Notes: generated by a model from the sequence alone, not told the origin. Numbered from the stretch's first letter, positions 8,923 to 18,686 are shown. The stretch is DNA of 64,000 nucleotides from an uncultured Alphaproteobacteria bacterium (GCA_902521325.1 CABYRE010000005.1:9115-73114); one strand, 5' to 3'. Numbers and translations are program-made.

Positions 8923-10551
8923 TTATGCAAACCACCAACGTTCAGAAAGTTTGTTTCCATCACTTTCCCAGTTACCAGCAACATCTTCACCGTGAGCAAG
9001 TTTTTTAGAACCAGCACCAACATATTGGTTAAATGCATAAACAATTGCACCACCATCGTAGTTACAAAGAGCTTGAGCTTCCCAGTACATTGATTTTCTT
9101 TTTTCTGCATCAAGTTCAGATCTAGCACCTCTAACAAGTTCATTAAAACGAACAGTTGAATCAGTTTGAACCAGATTACCCCAAGCAGCTTCATTCCACT
9201 CAGTATCATCTGTAAATGCAGCAGACCACATCATATCTTCTGTAGGTCTTCCACCCCAAGAACTCATACTGAAACCTTTAGTGTTCCATACGTTACTCCA
9301 GTAACCATCTTCAGGCTCTTTTTTAACTCGAAGATCGATACCACATTCTTGAGCAGATGCTGCTATCAAGTTAGTTGCATCTGTACAACCTGCATAAGGA
9401 ACCTCAGAAGTACTAATTTCAATTGGTCCGCTTACACCAGATTTTTTCCAGTGATAAGAAGCTTTATCAGCATCGAACTCTCTCTGCTCTAAAGCATTAT
9501 TATGATATGGGTGAGCAGTAGAGATCGGGTGATCATTACCCACTGTTCCATATCCTAGCATTATCTTATCAACAATTTCTTGCCTTTTGATTGCAAACTT
9601 CATTGCCATACGAACATCAAAATTATCAAATGGTGGCACGTTTAATCTCATAGGAGCTGTATAGTGCGCATATCCTGATGCTGCAGTAATTTCAACATTT
9701 GGATCTCTTGTTAATAAATTTGCAGTTCTTAAGTCAACACCGTTCATCCAGTCTATTTCACCATTTAATAATGCTGCTTGTCTGGTAGCTGGATCATTAA
9801 TTCCGATTACTTCAACTGAATCAAAGTGTGCAACACTATCACCTTTGAAATAATTTGGATTTCTTTTTCCAAATTTTGCTCCAACACCTGGATTGAATTC
9901 ATCCATAATATATGGACCAGTTCCAATAGTAGATTGAGCATCAACAACCCCATCTTTTGTTGGTTTAATCATAATGTGATAATCAGTAGTTATTGCAGGC
10001 CAGTCAGCATTTGCACCTTTTAGCTTAAAAATAACTCTGTCATTTCCATCAGCAGAAATAGTTTCAATTTGAGATAACAATCCACCTGCTGCCGAAGCGG
10101 TATCTGGATTCATGTGATACTGATAGTTGAGTACAACATCTTCTGCAGTCATTGATTTTCCATTATGGAATTCAACACCCTTGCGAAGATTATATACCCA
10201 AGTTTGAGCATCATCAGATTCAATTGACTCAGCAAGCTCTCCAACAATAGTATGATCTGAATCAACAACTGTTAAACAGTTTTGATATGACCAAGCTGTA
10301 GCTTGCATGAATGAACTTTGATAAGTAGCGGGATCAAGTGTATCTGTAGTATCAGCTGCACCATTAGCCCATCTTAAATGTCCACCTTTTTTTGGAGTAG
10401 CAGCAACAGCTTTATCAGCGAGTGATAGAGCTATTGGCAGAGTTACACCAGTAGCAAGGACAGACATCATGAACTGTCTTCTGTCGATAAGCCCTTTTGT
10501 AAGCTTTGAAGACTGTTCTTCAATGTATTTGTCTATTTTCTTATTTTTCAT
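8923..10551 (-). CDS. ABC transporter substrate-binding protein, family 5 (Opp/Dpp/Prb-like), Tat signal
   Basis: DRRQFMM twin-arginine signal, TPKKGG, LRKGVEFHNG, IGTGPY; ATG at 10551 preceded by GGGAGG RBS. Confidence 0.93.
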   Translation of the reverse strand: MKNKKIDKYIEEQSSKLTKGLIDRRQFMMSVLATGVTLPIALSLADKAVAATPKKGGHLRWANGAADTTDTLDPATYQSSFMQATAWSYQNCLTVVDSDHTIVGELAESIESDDAQTWVYNLRKGVEFHNGKSMTAEDVVLNYQYHMNPDTASAAGGLLSQIETISADGNDRVIFKLKGANADWPAITTDYHIMIKPTKDGVVDAQSTIGTGPYIMDEFNPGVGAKFGKRNPNYFKGDSVAHFDSVEVIGINDPATRQAALLNGEIDWMNGVDLRTANLLTRDPNVEITAASGYAHYTAPMRLNVPPFDNFDVRMAMKFAIKRQEIVDKIMLGYGTVGNDHPISTAHPYHNNALEQREFDADKASYHWKKSGVSGPIEISTSEVPYAGCTDATNLIAASAQECGIDLRVKKEPEDGYWSNVWNTKGFSMSSWGGRPTEDMMWSAAFTDDTEWNEAAWGNLVQTDSTVRFNELVRGARSELDAEKRKSMYWEAQALCNYDGGAIVYAFNQYVGAGSKKLAHGEDVAGNWESDGNKLSERWWFA

Positions 10552-10568
10552 TTGTCCTCCCTTATAAT

Positions 10569-10595
10569 TGAACAAAAACCTAAGATTTTTGTTCA
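10569..10595. promoter_or_regulatory. 10-bp inverted repeat in the divergent SBP/permease intergenic region (leader hairpin or operator)
   Basis: TGAACAAAAA-N7-TTTTTGTTCA just upstream of the SBP RBS. Confidence 0.45.
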
Positions 10596-10752
10596 TAATT
10601 TCTAGAAATTTAACAAAAAACAAACTTAAGTTAATATATAAAAACATATATAACGGTTAAATTCAACGTATAAATTATTAATTTTAGCTTGTATGTTGAC
10701 CTAAATTAGACAAAACTTTAAGAATTAAAATTGTATCTTTAAGGAGGGCAAC

Positions 10753-11751
10753 ATTTCTAGAATTCATCCAATATTTAGAACAATTTTATTAAGACTAAGT
10801 CTTGGTTTTGTTACTGTTTTTGCATTTTCTGTAATTATATTTAGCACATTCTCTTTTTTGCCAGGAGACTTTGCTACAGAAATACTTGGTCAAAGTGCAA
10901 CAAAATCTTCAGTTAAAGCTCTAAGAGCGGAATTAGGTTTAGATAAGCCTCCCGTAACTAGATATCTTGATTGGTTAGGAAATGTTTTTCAAGGTGATTT
11001 TGGAAGCTCTTTTTCTGGAAGATCTAAAGTACAAGGAGATCAAGGTGATAGATCTAGGGAAGTTGTTGGTTTAATTGTTCCCAGGTTGAAGAATACTTTG
11101 TTTTTAACTGGAGTTGCCGCCATGTTGGCTATTCCTCTGTCTTTAATTTTAGGAATATCTTCAGCTTTATATAGAAACTCTTATTATGATAGATCAGCAA
11201 CTGGAGTCAGCTTAGTAACTGTATCATCACCAGAATTTTTTACAGCATATATTTTTATTCTTTTATTGGCGACCCTCTTCCCAGTTTTTCCAACTATTTC
11301 TAATGTAGACGAAAATACAACTTTAGTTGAAAGATTTTACAGAACTGCTCTTCCAGTTTTTACGTTGACATTAATTACTATGGGTCACATGATGAGAATG
11401 ACAAGGTCAGCAATAATAAATATTTTATCAAGTGAATATATTGAAATGGCAAAATTATCAGGAGCTTCTAGATATGAAGTGATTGTTAAGCATGCACTTC
11501 CAAATGCTTGGGCACCTATTTCTCAAGTAATTGCAATAAACTTAGCTTATATGTTAATTGGTTCAGTTGTTGTTGAATATGTTTTTAATTATCAAGGCAT
11601 TGGCAGGCTTATGGTTGGATCTGTATACAATCGAGATCTTCCAGTTGTGCAAGCTTGCGCATTAATTTTTGCTTCAACTTATGTAATACTAAACTTAATT
11701 GCTGATTTGATTGGCATTATTTCTAACCCGAGGTTGTTATATCCAAAATGA
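10753..11751 (+). CDS. ABC transporter permease (DppB/OppB-like), probable ATT start
   Basis: LPGDFATEILG, RMTRSAII, EYIEMAKLSG, HALPNA; N-terminal TM segment continues in frame to ATT 10753 behind an AAGGAGG RBS. Confidence 0.88.
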   Translation: MSRIHPIFRTILLRLSLGFVTVFAFSVIIFSTFSFLPGDFATEILGQSATKSSVKALRAELGLDKPPVTRYLDWLGNVFQGDFGSSFSGRSKVQGDQGDRSREVVGLIVPRLKNTLFLTGVAAMLAIPLSLILGISSALYRNSYYDRSATGVSLVTVSSPEFFTAYIFILLLATLFPVFPTISNVDENTTLVERFYRTALPVFTLTLITMGHMMRMTRSAIINILSSEYIEMAKLSGASRYEVIVKHALPNAWAPISQVIAINLAYMLIGSVVVEYVFNYQGIGRLMVGSVYNRDLPVVQACALIFASTYVILNLIADLIGIISNPRLLYPK

Positions 11752-12668
11752 GTGAAAATTTATCTTATTCTGCAAAAAGTGAAGCTGCTAATTTAATTAA
11801 AAGAAGAACTAGATTAGAAAGATTAAAAATTGCTTTATCAAAAGCTCCAATGTCAGCGTGGTTTGGAATGATTGTACTTTTTATATATTTTTTTGCTGCA
11901 ATATTCGCACCTCTAATTGCTCCTCACGGAGAGGCAGAAATATTTCCTGTTGCTTACGCTCCCTGGGGTGATGGCCACATATTTGGCACTGATCAAATTG
12001 GTAGAGATATTTTTTCTCGCATTATTTATGCTGCAAGAAATACAATTGGTATTTGTTTATTAGCCACTTTTATTGCTTTAGGAATTGGAACAGTGTTTGG
12101 AATAATAGCTGCTCTAGATAGAAGGTATTTAGATCAGCTTTTAAGTAGAATAGTCGACACTCTCATGGCGATTCCTGTAATGATTTTTACTTTCATTCTT
12201 TTATCAGTATTTGGCCCTACAAATTTTAATTTAATTCTTATTTTAGGAATTTTAGAGTCTACTAGATTTTTTAGAATATCAAGATCAGTTGCAGTAGGTC
12301 AAGTTGTTTTAGAATATGTTGAAGTAGCTAGACTAAGAGGAGAAAATTTATCTTATATTATTTTCAAAGAAATACTTCCTAATATCGCTTCACCTTTAAT
12401 TATTGAATTTGGCTTAAGATTTATATTTATAATTTTTACTATATCTAGTTTAAGTTTTTTAGGAATTGGAATCCAACCTCCTTCTGCAGATTGGGCATCA
12501 ATGGTACGAGAAAACGCAATACTTATTCAATACGCACAATATGATATAACAGCAGGCTTAACTCCTTTAATTCCAGCTGCCGCAATTGCTTTACTTTGTG
12601 TATCAATTAATTTTGTTGTTGATTGGTATTTGTACATAACAAGTGGATTAAAAGATGACATCAAATAA
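11748..12668 (+). CDS. ABC transporter permease (DppC/OppC-like)
   Basis: HIFGTDQIGRDIFSR, EYVEVARLRGE, EILPN, LSFLGIGIQPP. Confidence 0.93.
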   Translation: MSENLSYSAKSEAANLIKRRTRLERLKIALSKAPMSAWFGMIVLFIYFFAAIFAPLIAPHGEAEIFPVAYAPWGDGHIFGTDQIGRDIFSRIIYAARNTIGICLLATFIALGIGTVFGIIAALDRRYLDQLLSRIVDTLMAIPVMIFTFILLSVFGPTNFNLILILGILESTRFFRISRSVAVGQVVLEYVEVARLRGENLSYIIFKEILPNIASPLIIEFGLRFIFIIFTISSLSFLGIGIQPPSADWASMVRENAILIQYAQYDITAGLTPLIPAAAIALLCVSINFVVDWYLYITSGLKDDIK

Positions 12669-14268
12669 ATCAAAAGAACTTCTTCTTGAAATGAAAAATA
12701 TTCATATTGATGGATTCTCAGATGAAAGGTGGCATAAAATATTAAAAGGTGTTGATTTAAAGTTATACAGAGGTGAAATCTTAGGGTTAATTGGAGAGAG
12801 TGGTGCAGGAAAATCTACAATGGGCAAAGCTGCAATGGGCTATACTCAGCCTGGCTGTAAAATTATTAAGGGTGAAATTTTATTTAATGGTCATGACTTA
12901 GCAAATCTCTCAGAAAATGAGAAAAGAAAGATATGGGGAACAAAGATTTCATATGTTGCCCAATCTGCTGCTGCTTCTTTTAATCCAGCACATAGATTAA
13001 TGGATCAAACAATAAGTGCAGCTAACAGATTAAAGATCAACCCAACAGATGTATTAAAAAAAGATGCTGTTCAACTTTATGAATCACTACAACTACCTGA
13101 TGCAGAAAATATTGGAGATAGGTATCCTCATCAAGTGTCTGGAGGGCAACTACAAAGAATAATGACTGCAATGGCTATGTCGCCTAGACCAGAGTTAATT
13201 ATATTTGATGAACCCACAACAGCCTTAGATGTAACAACTCAAGTTGAAGTTTTATCTGCAATGAGATCTATAGTAGATAAATTTAATACTGCAGCAATAT
13301 ATATTACACATGATTTAGCAGTAGTTGCGCAAATGGCAGATAGAATAAAAGTTTTACGATATGGTGAAGAAGTTGAAGAAGCCGAAACAAGAGAAATGCT
13401 TTCTAATCCAAAAGAAGAATATACTAAATCACTCTGGTCAGTCAGATCACTTATTAAGCCAGAAGAAACGAATCAAGATTACATATTATCAATAAAAAAT
13501 ATTGATGCTGCGTATGGCTCATCAAAGGTTCTACACAATGTTTCTATAGATATTCCTAAAGGTAAAACGGTAGCTATAGTTGGTGAAAGTGGCTCTGGAA
13601 AATCAACAACAGCAAGAGTAATAACAGGATTACTTCCTCAATTAAAAGGAGAAATAATTTTTGATGGAAAAAAATTGTCTCCAAAACTTGAACAAAGATC
13701 AAAAGAAGAATTAAGAAAAATACAAATAATTTTTCAGATGCCAGATACTGCAATGAACCCTCGCCAAACTGTAGATGAAATTATTGGAAGGCCAATAGAA
13801 TTTTATCAAGGTATAAAAGGGAAAGAAAGAGAAGCAAAAGTTATTGAATTATTAAAAATGATTGAGTTAGATGAAACTTTTTTAGATAGATTACCATCCG
13901 AATTATCTGGAGGTCAAAAACAGAGAATATGCATTGCAAGAGCTTTAGCGGCTAACCCAGATTTAATTATTTGTGATGAAGTGACATCAGCGCTCGATCA
14001 AATTGTTCAAGAAGGAATATTAAAATTACTACAAAAATTACAAAAAGAGCTTGGTGTGACCTATATTTTTATAACTCATGATATAGCAACAGTTAAAGCA
14101 ATCTCAGATGAAATAGTTGTTATGTATCAAGGTGAGGTAGTGGAACAAGGTTTGAAAAGTAAAATTTTAAATCCACCATATCCTGATTATACAGAACTTT
14201 TATTGTCTTCAGTCCCAGAAATGGATCCTGATTGGTTAACTAATCTCTTGAATAAAAGATCTTCATAG
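12655..14268 (+). CDS. Dual-domain ABC ATPase (fused DppD/F-like)
   Basis: Two Walker A motifs (GESGAGKS, GESGSGKS), VSGGQ/LSGGQ, DEPTT/DEVTS. Confidence 0.95.
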   Translation: MTSNKSKELLLEMKNIHIDGFSDERWHKILKGVDLKLYRGEILGLIGESGAGKSTMGKAAMGYTQPGCKIIKGEILFNGHDLANLSENEKRKIWGTKISYVAQSAAASFNPAHRLMDQTISAANRLKINPTDVLKKDAVQLYESLQLPDAENIGDRYPHQVSGGQLQRIMTAMAMSPRPELIIFDEPTTALDVTTQVEVLSAMRSIVDKFNTAAIYITHDLAVVAQMADRIKVLRYGEEVEEAETREMLSNPKEEYTKSLWSVRSLIKPEETNQDYILSIKNIDAAYGSSKVLHNVSIDIPKGKTVAIVGESGSGKSTTARVITGLLPQLKGEIIFDGKKLSPKLEQRSKEELRKIQIIFQMPDTAMNPRQTVDEIIGRPIEFYQGIKGKEREAKVIELLKMIELDETFLDRLPSELSGGQKQRICIARALAANPDLIICDEVTSALDQIVQEGILKLLQKLQKELGVTYIFITHDIATVKAISDEIVVMYQGEVVEQGLKSKILNPPYPDYTELLLSSVPEMDPDWLTNLLNKRSS

Positions 14269-14287
14269 TCAATCTATATTTTAAATA

Positions 14288-14554
14288 ATGAATATTTTGA
14301 AATTTTTATTTAATTTTTTTTCAAGTAAAGAAAATAGAATAGATAATCTTGAAGCTCGAAATATAATGATCAGTGAGAATAATTTTAATAAAGATAGTTT
14401 AACATTAGGTTCTATTTACAAAGTAAATCAAAATATAAAACTAAAAAATTTTAAAAATAAAATTCTCGAAGACAACTTAACAATAGTAGTTACTGACAAT
14501 AAAGGTAAAACTATTGGATATATTTCTAAAAAAGAGATAGATAATATTCAATAA
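14288..14554 (+). CDS. Hypothetical small protein (weak HIRAN-like C-terminus)
   Basis: 88-aa ORF filling the gap in the operon; IVVTDNKGKTIGYI. Confidence 0.55.
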   Translation: MNILKFLFNFFSSKENRIDNLEARNIMISENNFNKDSLTLGSIYKVNQNIKLKNFKNKILEDNLTIVVTDNKGKTIGYISKKEIDNIQ

Positions 14555-15337
14555 ATGAAAATCAATCTTAGTAAAAAAAATTATGTTATTTCTGCTGGTG
14601 CAGATGGTTTAGGTTTTGCTATAGCAAATAAAATAATCACTTCAGGTGGAAAAGTATATTTATCTGATATAAATAAATCAAAAATTGATAAAATTAATTC
14701 AAATAAAAAATATCGTAATAAAATATTTGCTAAACACTTAGACTGTACAAATCCAATTGACATTAAAGAATATTTTAAATCTCTATCTAACTTAAAAAAA
14801 ATAGATGGATTAATAAATAATATAGGTATTGCAGGACCAACAAAGTATCTTCAAAATATTTCAATAGAAGAATGGGATAACACAATAAAAACCAATTTAA
14901 GTTCACATTTTTATTTCGCAAAATTTGCTATTCCATTTTTAAAAAAAGCTAAAAAAGGATGTATTATTAATTTATCTTCAACTGCAGGTTTATATGGTTT
15001 TGCTCAACGTTCACCATATGCATCAAGTAAATGGGCAATAATTGGATTAACTAAAACATTAGCTGTTGAATTAGGAAAATTTAAAATACGTGTGAATACA
15101 ATTTGTCCTGGTTCTGTTAATGGCGACAGAATGGATAGGGTAATCAATGCAAAAGCTAAATTAATCAATTCTTCAAATAAAAAAGTAAGAAAAGAATTAG
15201 AGTCAATGGTTTCATTAAACACATTTGTTGAAAAAAAAGATATTGCTTCAATGGCTTTATTTTTATTAAGTGATGCATCAGAAAATGTATCTGGTCAGAT
15301 TATGACTGTTGATGGAAATACTGAAAGAATGAATTAG
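14555..15337 (+). CDS. SDR family oxidoreductase
   Basis: SAGADGLG, NNIGIAGPT, YASSK catalytic motif, VNTICPG. Confidence 0.92.
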   Translation: MKINLSKKNYVISAGADGLGFAIANKIITSGGKVYLSDINKSKIDKINSNKKYRNKIFAKHLDCTNPIDIKEYFKSLSNLKKIDGLINNIGIAGPTKYLQNISIEEWDNTIKTNLSSHFYFAKFAIPFLKKAKKGCIINLSSTAGLYGFAQRSPYASSKWAIIGLTKTLAVELGKFKIRVNTICPGSVNGDRMDRVINAKAKLINSSNKKVRKELESMVSLNTFVEKKDIASMALFLLSDASENVSGQIMTVDGNTERMN

Positions 15338-16938
15338 TGGATAAAAACGCTGACTACATCATTGTTGGAGCAGGGTCAGCAGGTTGTGTTTTAGCTAACA
15401 GATTGTCTTCACAATCAAAAAATTCCGTAATTTTATTAGAAGCTGGTCCATCGAGTAAAACCTGGAAAGTTGATATGCCAAGCGCACTTCTATATGCAAT
15501 GCATGATCCAAAATATAATTGGAAGTATTATACGGAACCTGAACCATTTCTAAATAATAGATCTTTATATTGCCCAAGAGGTAAAATGATAGGAGGATGC
15601 TCTTCGCATAACGGCATGGTTTTTGCTAGAGGTCATAAAGAGGATTTTGATAGATGGTCTTTAAGTGGCTTAACTGATTGGTCTTATGAAAAAGTTGTAC
15701 CTTTTTTTAAAAAATTAGAAACTTGGTCTCATAATAGTAATGAAAGAGGTAATGAGGGGCCATTAAAAGTAAATAAATCAAATATAGATAAAAAATACCC
15801 TTTATTTAAAAAAGTTTTAGAAGCTGCACAAGAAGCTGGATATAAAATATTTAATGACTCTAATAATACTGATAATGAAGGTTTTGGAACTTTTGATGTA
15901 ACAATAAATAACGGTGTCAGACAAAGTGTTGCTAAAGCATATTTAGAACCAATACAAAATAGAAAAAATCTTAGAATAATAAATAATATTGATGTGAAAA
16001 AAATTCTTTTTAAAAATCAAACTGCAATTGGTGTTGAAACAATTAAAAAGAACATAACAAATAAATATTTAGCAAATAAAGAAGTCATACTTTGTGCAGG
16101 TTCAATTAATTCTCCTAAAATTCTTCAATTATCCGGAATAGGTAATGAAAAACATCTTAAAAGCTTGGGAATAGAAGTAGTTAATAATTTAGTTGGGGTA
16201 GGAGAAAATTTACAAGATCATTTAGAGATGTATATTCAATATAAATCTAAAAAAAATGAAACATTACATTCTTTAGCAACAAATTTTCTCTATCAAGCAA
16301 TTGAAGGATCAAAATGGTTTTTATTTAAAAAAGGTAGGTTGGCAAATTCACACTTAGAGTTAGGAGGTTTTGTTAAATCTGACAAATCATATAATCATCC
16401 AAACTTACAATTTCATTTTTTTCCATATTTAGTTATTAATCATGGTTTAGAAAATCCTAATTTTGAAGCTTTTCAATTTCATGTTTGTGCAAATAGACCA
16501 AAAAGTAGAGGGTTTGTTAAAATTAAAACAAATAACTATAAAGATGATCCTAAAATACAATTTAACTATCTTAAGCATGAAGACGATTTAAAGCAAATGA
16601 GAGAAGGTGTAGGAATTGCGAAAAAAATTTTGTCTCAAAAAGCACTAAAAGAATATGTTGGCACAGAAATTAGGCCTGGGAAGAATGTATCTAATCAAAA
16701 TGAGTTAGATGAAGTTATTAAAAATACATCTGAATCTGCTTATCATCCGTCATGCACAAATAAAATGGGTGAGGACAAAACTTCAGTTGTAGACCAAAAC
16801 CTAAGGGTTCATGGAATGCAAAATTTAAGAGTTATTGATGCTTCTGTAATGCCAGATATTGTTAGTGCTAATTTAAACGCAACAACTATTATGATTGCTG
16901 AAAAAGCTTACGACCAAATAAATAGTAAAGTTAGCTAG
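15337..16938 (+). CDS. betA: Choline dehydrogenase (GMC oxidoreductase)
   Basis: DYIIVGAGSAGCVLANRL, MPSAL, PRGKMIGG, NLQDHLEMYIQY, AYHPSCT, NLNATTIMIAEK; GTG start. Confidence 0.8.
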   Translation: MDKNADYIIVGAGSAGCVLANRLSSQSKNSVILLEAGPSSKTWKVDMPSALLYAMHDPKYNWKYYTEPEPFLNNRSLYCPRGKMIGGCSSHNGMVFARGHKEDFDRWSLSGLTDWSYEKVVPFFKKLETWSHNSNERGNEGPLKVNKSNIDKKYPLFKKVLEAAQEAGYKIFNDSNNTDNEGFGTFDVTINNGVRQSVAKAYLEPIQNRKNLRIINNIDVKKILFKNQTAIGVETIKKNITNKYLANKEVILCAGSINSPKILQLSGIGNEKHLKSLGIEVVNNLVGVGENLQDHLEMYIQYKSKKNETLHSLATNFLYQAIEGSKWFLFKKGRLANSHLELGGFVKSDKSYNHPNLQFHFFPYLVINHGLENPNFEAFQFHVCANRPKSRGFVKIKTNNYKDDPKIQFNYLKHEDDLKQMREGVGIAKKILSQKALKEYVGTEIRPGKNVSNQNELDEVIKNTSESAYHPSCTNKMGEDKTSVVDQNLRVHGMQNLRVIDASVMPDIVSANLNATTIMIAEKAYDQINSKVS

Positions 16939-16958
16939 AGAAATAAAATCTAATATAA

Positions 16959-17138
16959 TTAGATAGTTTTTCTTCTAAGAGTCCAACCGTATCTTTCGCT
17001 GTAGTATGCTTCGATACCATCAGCAAGATTAAGGTCATAATTTGAGTCTATAGATCCTTCAAGAACCTTCTTCTCAATAGAACTCTTTTCTAGGCTTTCT
17101 TTTTGGTTATTAATATTTTCTGTTAATTTACTGTTCAT
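16959..17138 (-). CDS. Unannotated 59-aa small protein divergent from the regulator
   Basis: ATG 17138 to TAA 16959: MNSKLTENINNQKESLEKSSIEKKVLEGSIDSNYDLNLADGIEAYYSERYGWTLRRKTI; fills the largest gap in a dense region. Confidence 0.6.
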   Translation of the reverse strand: MNSKLTENINNQKESLEKSSIEKKVLEGSIDSNYDLNLADGIEAYYSERYGWTLRRKTI

Positions 17139-17139
17139 A

Positions 17140-17247
17140 TTTACAGATTTTACAAATACATAATAATTTAAAAAAAAACTAGAGTTTTTGTCAATTTTAA
17201 TGTAAAGAAAATTACTTTGAATTTATTATTTTTGTAAATTTTGTAAA
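17140..17247. promoter_or_regulatory. Two mirrored tandem TTTGTAAA operators (RamB/PccR-like)
   Basis: TTTGTAAA-T-TTTGTAAA at 17231-17247 on +, and TTTGTAAA-A-TCTGTAAA at 17156-17140 on -, each next to a start codon. Confidence 0.6.
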
Positions 17248-18686
17248 TGAATATTGAATCTGACATAAATTTTGGCCCAAGGTTAAAAAAACAAAGGATA
17301 AGCAAAGGTTTTTCACAAGCTGAATTATCAAAAACTATTGGAATATCTCCTAGTTATTTAAATTTAATTGAAAGTGGAAAAAGAAAAATACCACTTTCAT
17401 TACTAATTAAAGCAGCTGATAAATTAGATTTATCAATTAAAGACTTCTCAACAGAATCTAGCAAACGACTTCTTTCAGACGTAATGGATGTTTTAAGCAA
17501 TGAGATTTTTGATGATTTAAAGATAACCAATCACGACACAAGTGACTTCATTGGTTCAAGCCCTAACATAGCTAAAGCATTACTGACAATAAATGATTCT
17601 TTTAAAAGTTTTAAAGAAGATATGCAAAATCGACTTGAAACAATGGATGTCAATGCAAATCAAATAGAAAAACCAACAAGACTACCAGTTGAAATCGTTT
17701 CAGACATTCTTCAAGAAAATAAAAATTACTTTCATGATTTAGAAGTAAGTTCTGAAAATCTAAGAAAAGAAATAGGTCTTGAAACTGGACCCAACATTGG
17801 TTCTGGATCTAAATTATCACTTTATCTCAAAGAAAAATATGGAATTGAAGTTAAAATAGTAACCATAAACGAAGATGAAAAAATAGTTAAAAGATTTGAT
17901 GAAAAATCCAAGATTTTTTATCTTTCTGAAATGTTAACTTATACATCTAGAAACTTTCATTTAGCATCACAAGTTGCTTATTTAGTGGCTAATGATGTTA
18001 TCAATAAAGTTATTAAAGATAATAATGTTGAGTCAGAAGAAGTAGAACCTTTGCTTAAACTATCTTTATTAAATTATTACGCTGCTGCTTTTATGATGCC
18101 TTATAACGATTTTTTAAAGAGTGCTAAATTACATAAATATGATGTGGAAATTTTGATGCATCATTATGCTTGTAGTTTTGAACAAGTTACACATAGATTA
18201 ACAAATCTTCAAAGACCTGGAAACGAAGGAGTGCCATTTCATTTTTTAAAAACAGATATTGCTGGAAATGTGTCAAAGCGATTCTCTTTATCTGGTATTC
18301 ATATACCAAGACATGGAGGTTCTTGTCCTAGGTGGAATGTGTATACTGCATTTTTAAATCCTGGAAAAATTCATCCTCAAATATCTAAAATGCCTGATGG
18401 ACGAGTATATTTTTGTATAGCAAGAGCTTTTGAGAAAGGAATTGAAAAACATGGAATGCCTAAAAGTTTTGTTTCGATTGGTTTAGGTTGTGATATGAAA
18501 TACGCTAAAGATCTAATTTATTCTGAAGGAATTGATCTAAATAATAAAAAATTACAAATGCCAATTGGAGTTTCGTGTAGGATATGCCCTAGAGTGGAAT
18601 GTCAACAAAGAGCTTTTCCGCCAATTGATAAAGAACTCAAATTAGATATAAAATATCGAGGGACGTCTCCCTACGTTACAATTTAG
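17247..18686 (+). CDS. XRE-family short-chain fatty acyl-CoA regulator (ScfR/RamB/PrpR/PccR type)
   Basis: N-terminal HTH (SQAELSKTIGISPSYLNLIESGKR), NYYAAAFMMPY, SFEQVTHRL, D.AGNVSKR, GGSCPRW, IGVSCRICPR..C.QRAFPP. Confidence 0.92.
   Translation: MNIESDINFGPRLKKQRISKGFSQAELSKTIGISPSYLNLIESGKRKIPLSLLIKAADKLDLSIKDFSTESSKRLLSDVMDVLSNEIFDDLKITNHDTSDFIGSSPNIAKALLTINDSFKSFKEDMQNRLETMDVNANQIEKPTRLPVEIVSDILQENKNYFHDLEVSSENLRKEIGLETGPNIGSGSKLSLYLKEKYGIEVKIVTINEDEKIVKRFDEKSKIFYLSEMLTYTSRNFHLASQVAYLVANDVINKVIKDNNVESEEVEPLLKLSLLNYYAAAFMMPYNDFLKSAKLHKYDVEILMHHYACSFEQVTHRLTNLQRPGNEGVPFHFLKTDIAGNVSKRFSLSGIHIPRHGGSCPRWNVYTAFLNPGKIHPQISKMPDGRVYFCIARAFEKGIEKHGMPKSFVSIGLGCDMKYAKDLIYSEGIDLNNKKLQMPIGVSCRICPRVECQQRAFPPIDKELKLDIKYRGTSPYVTI

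Noticed and set aside
10552-10647. N-terminal extension of the SBP in the ORF track (similarly for dmdA, osmC, aguB, potI, dksA, rlmE and guaA)
   Set aside because: Downstream ATGs have an RBS or translational coupling and fit family lengths better; several of the extensions overlap neighbouring genes.
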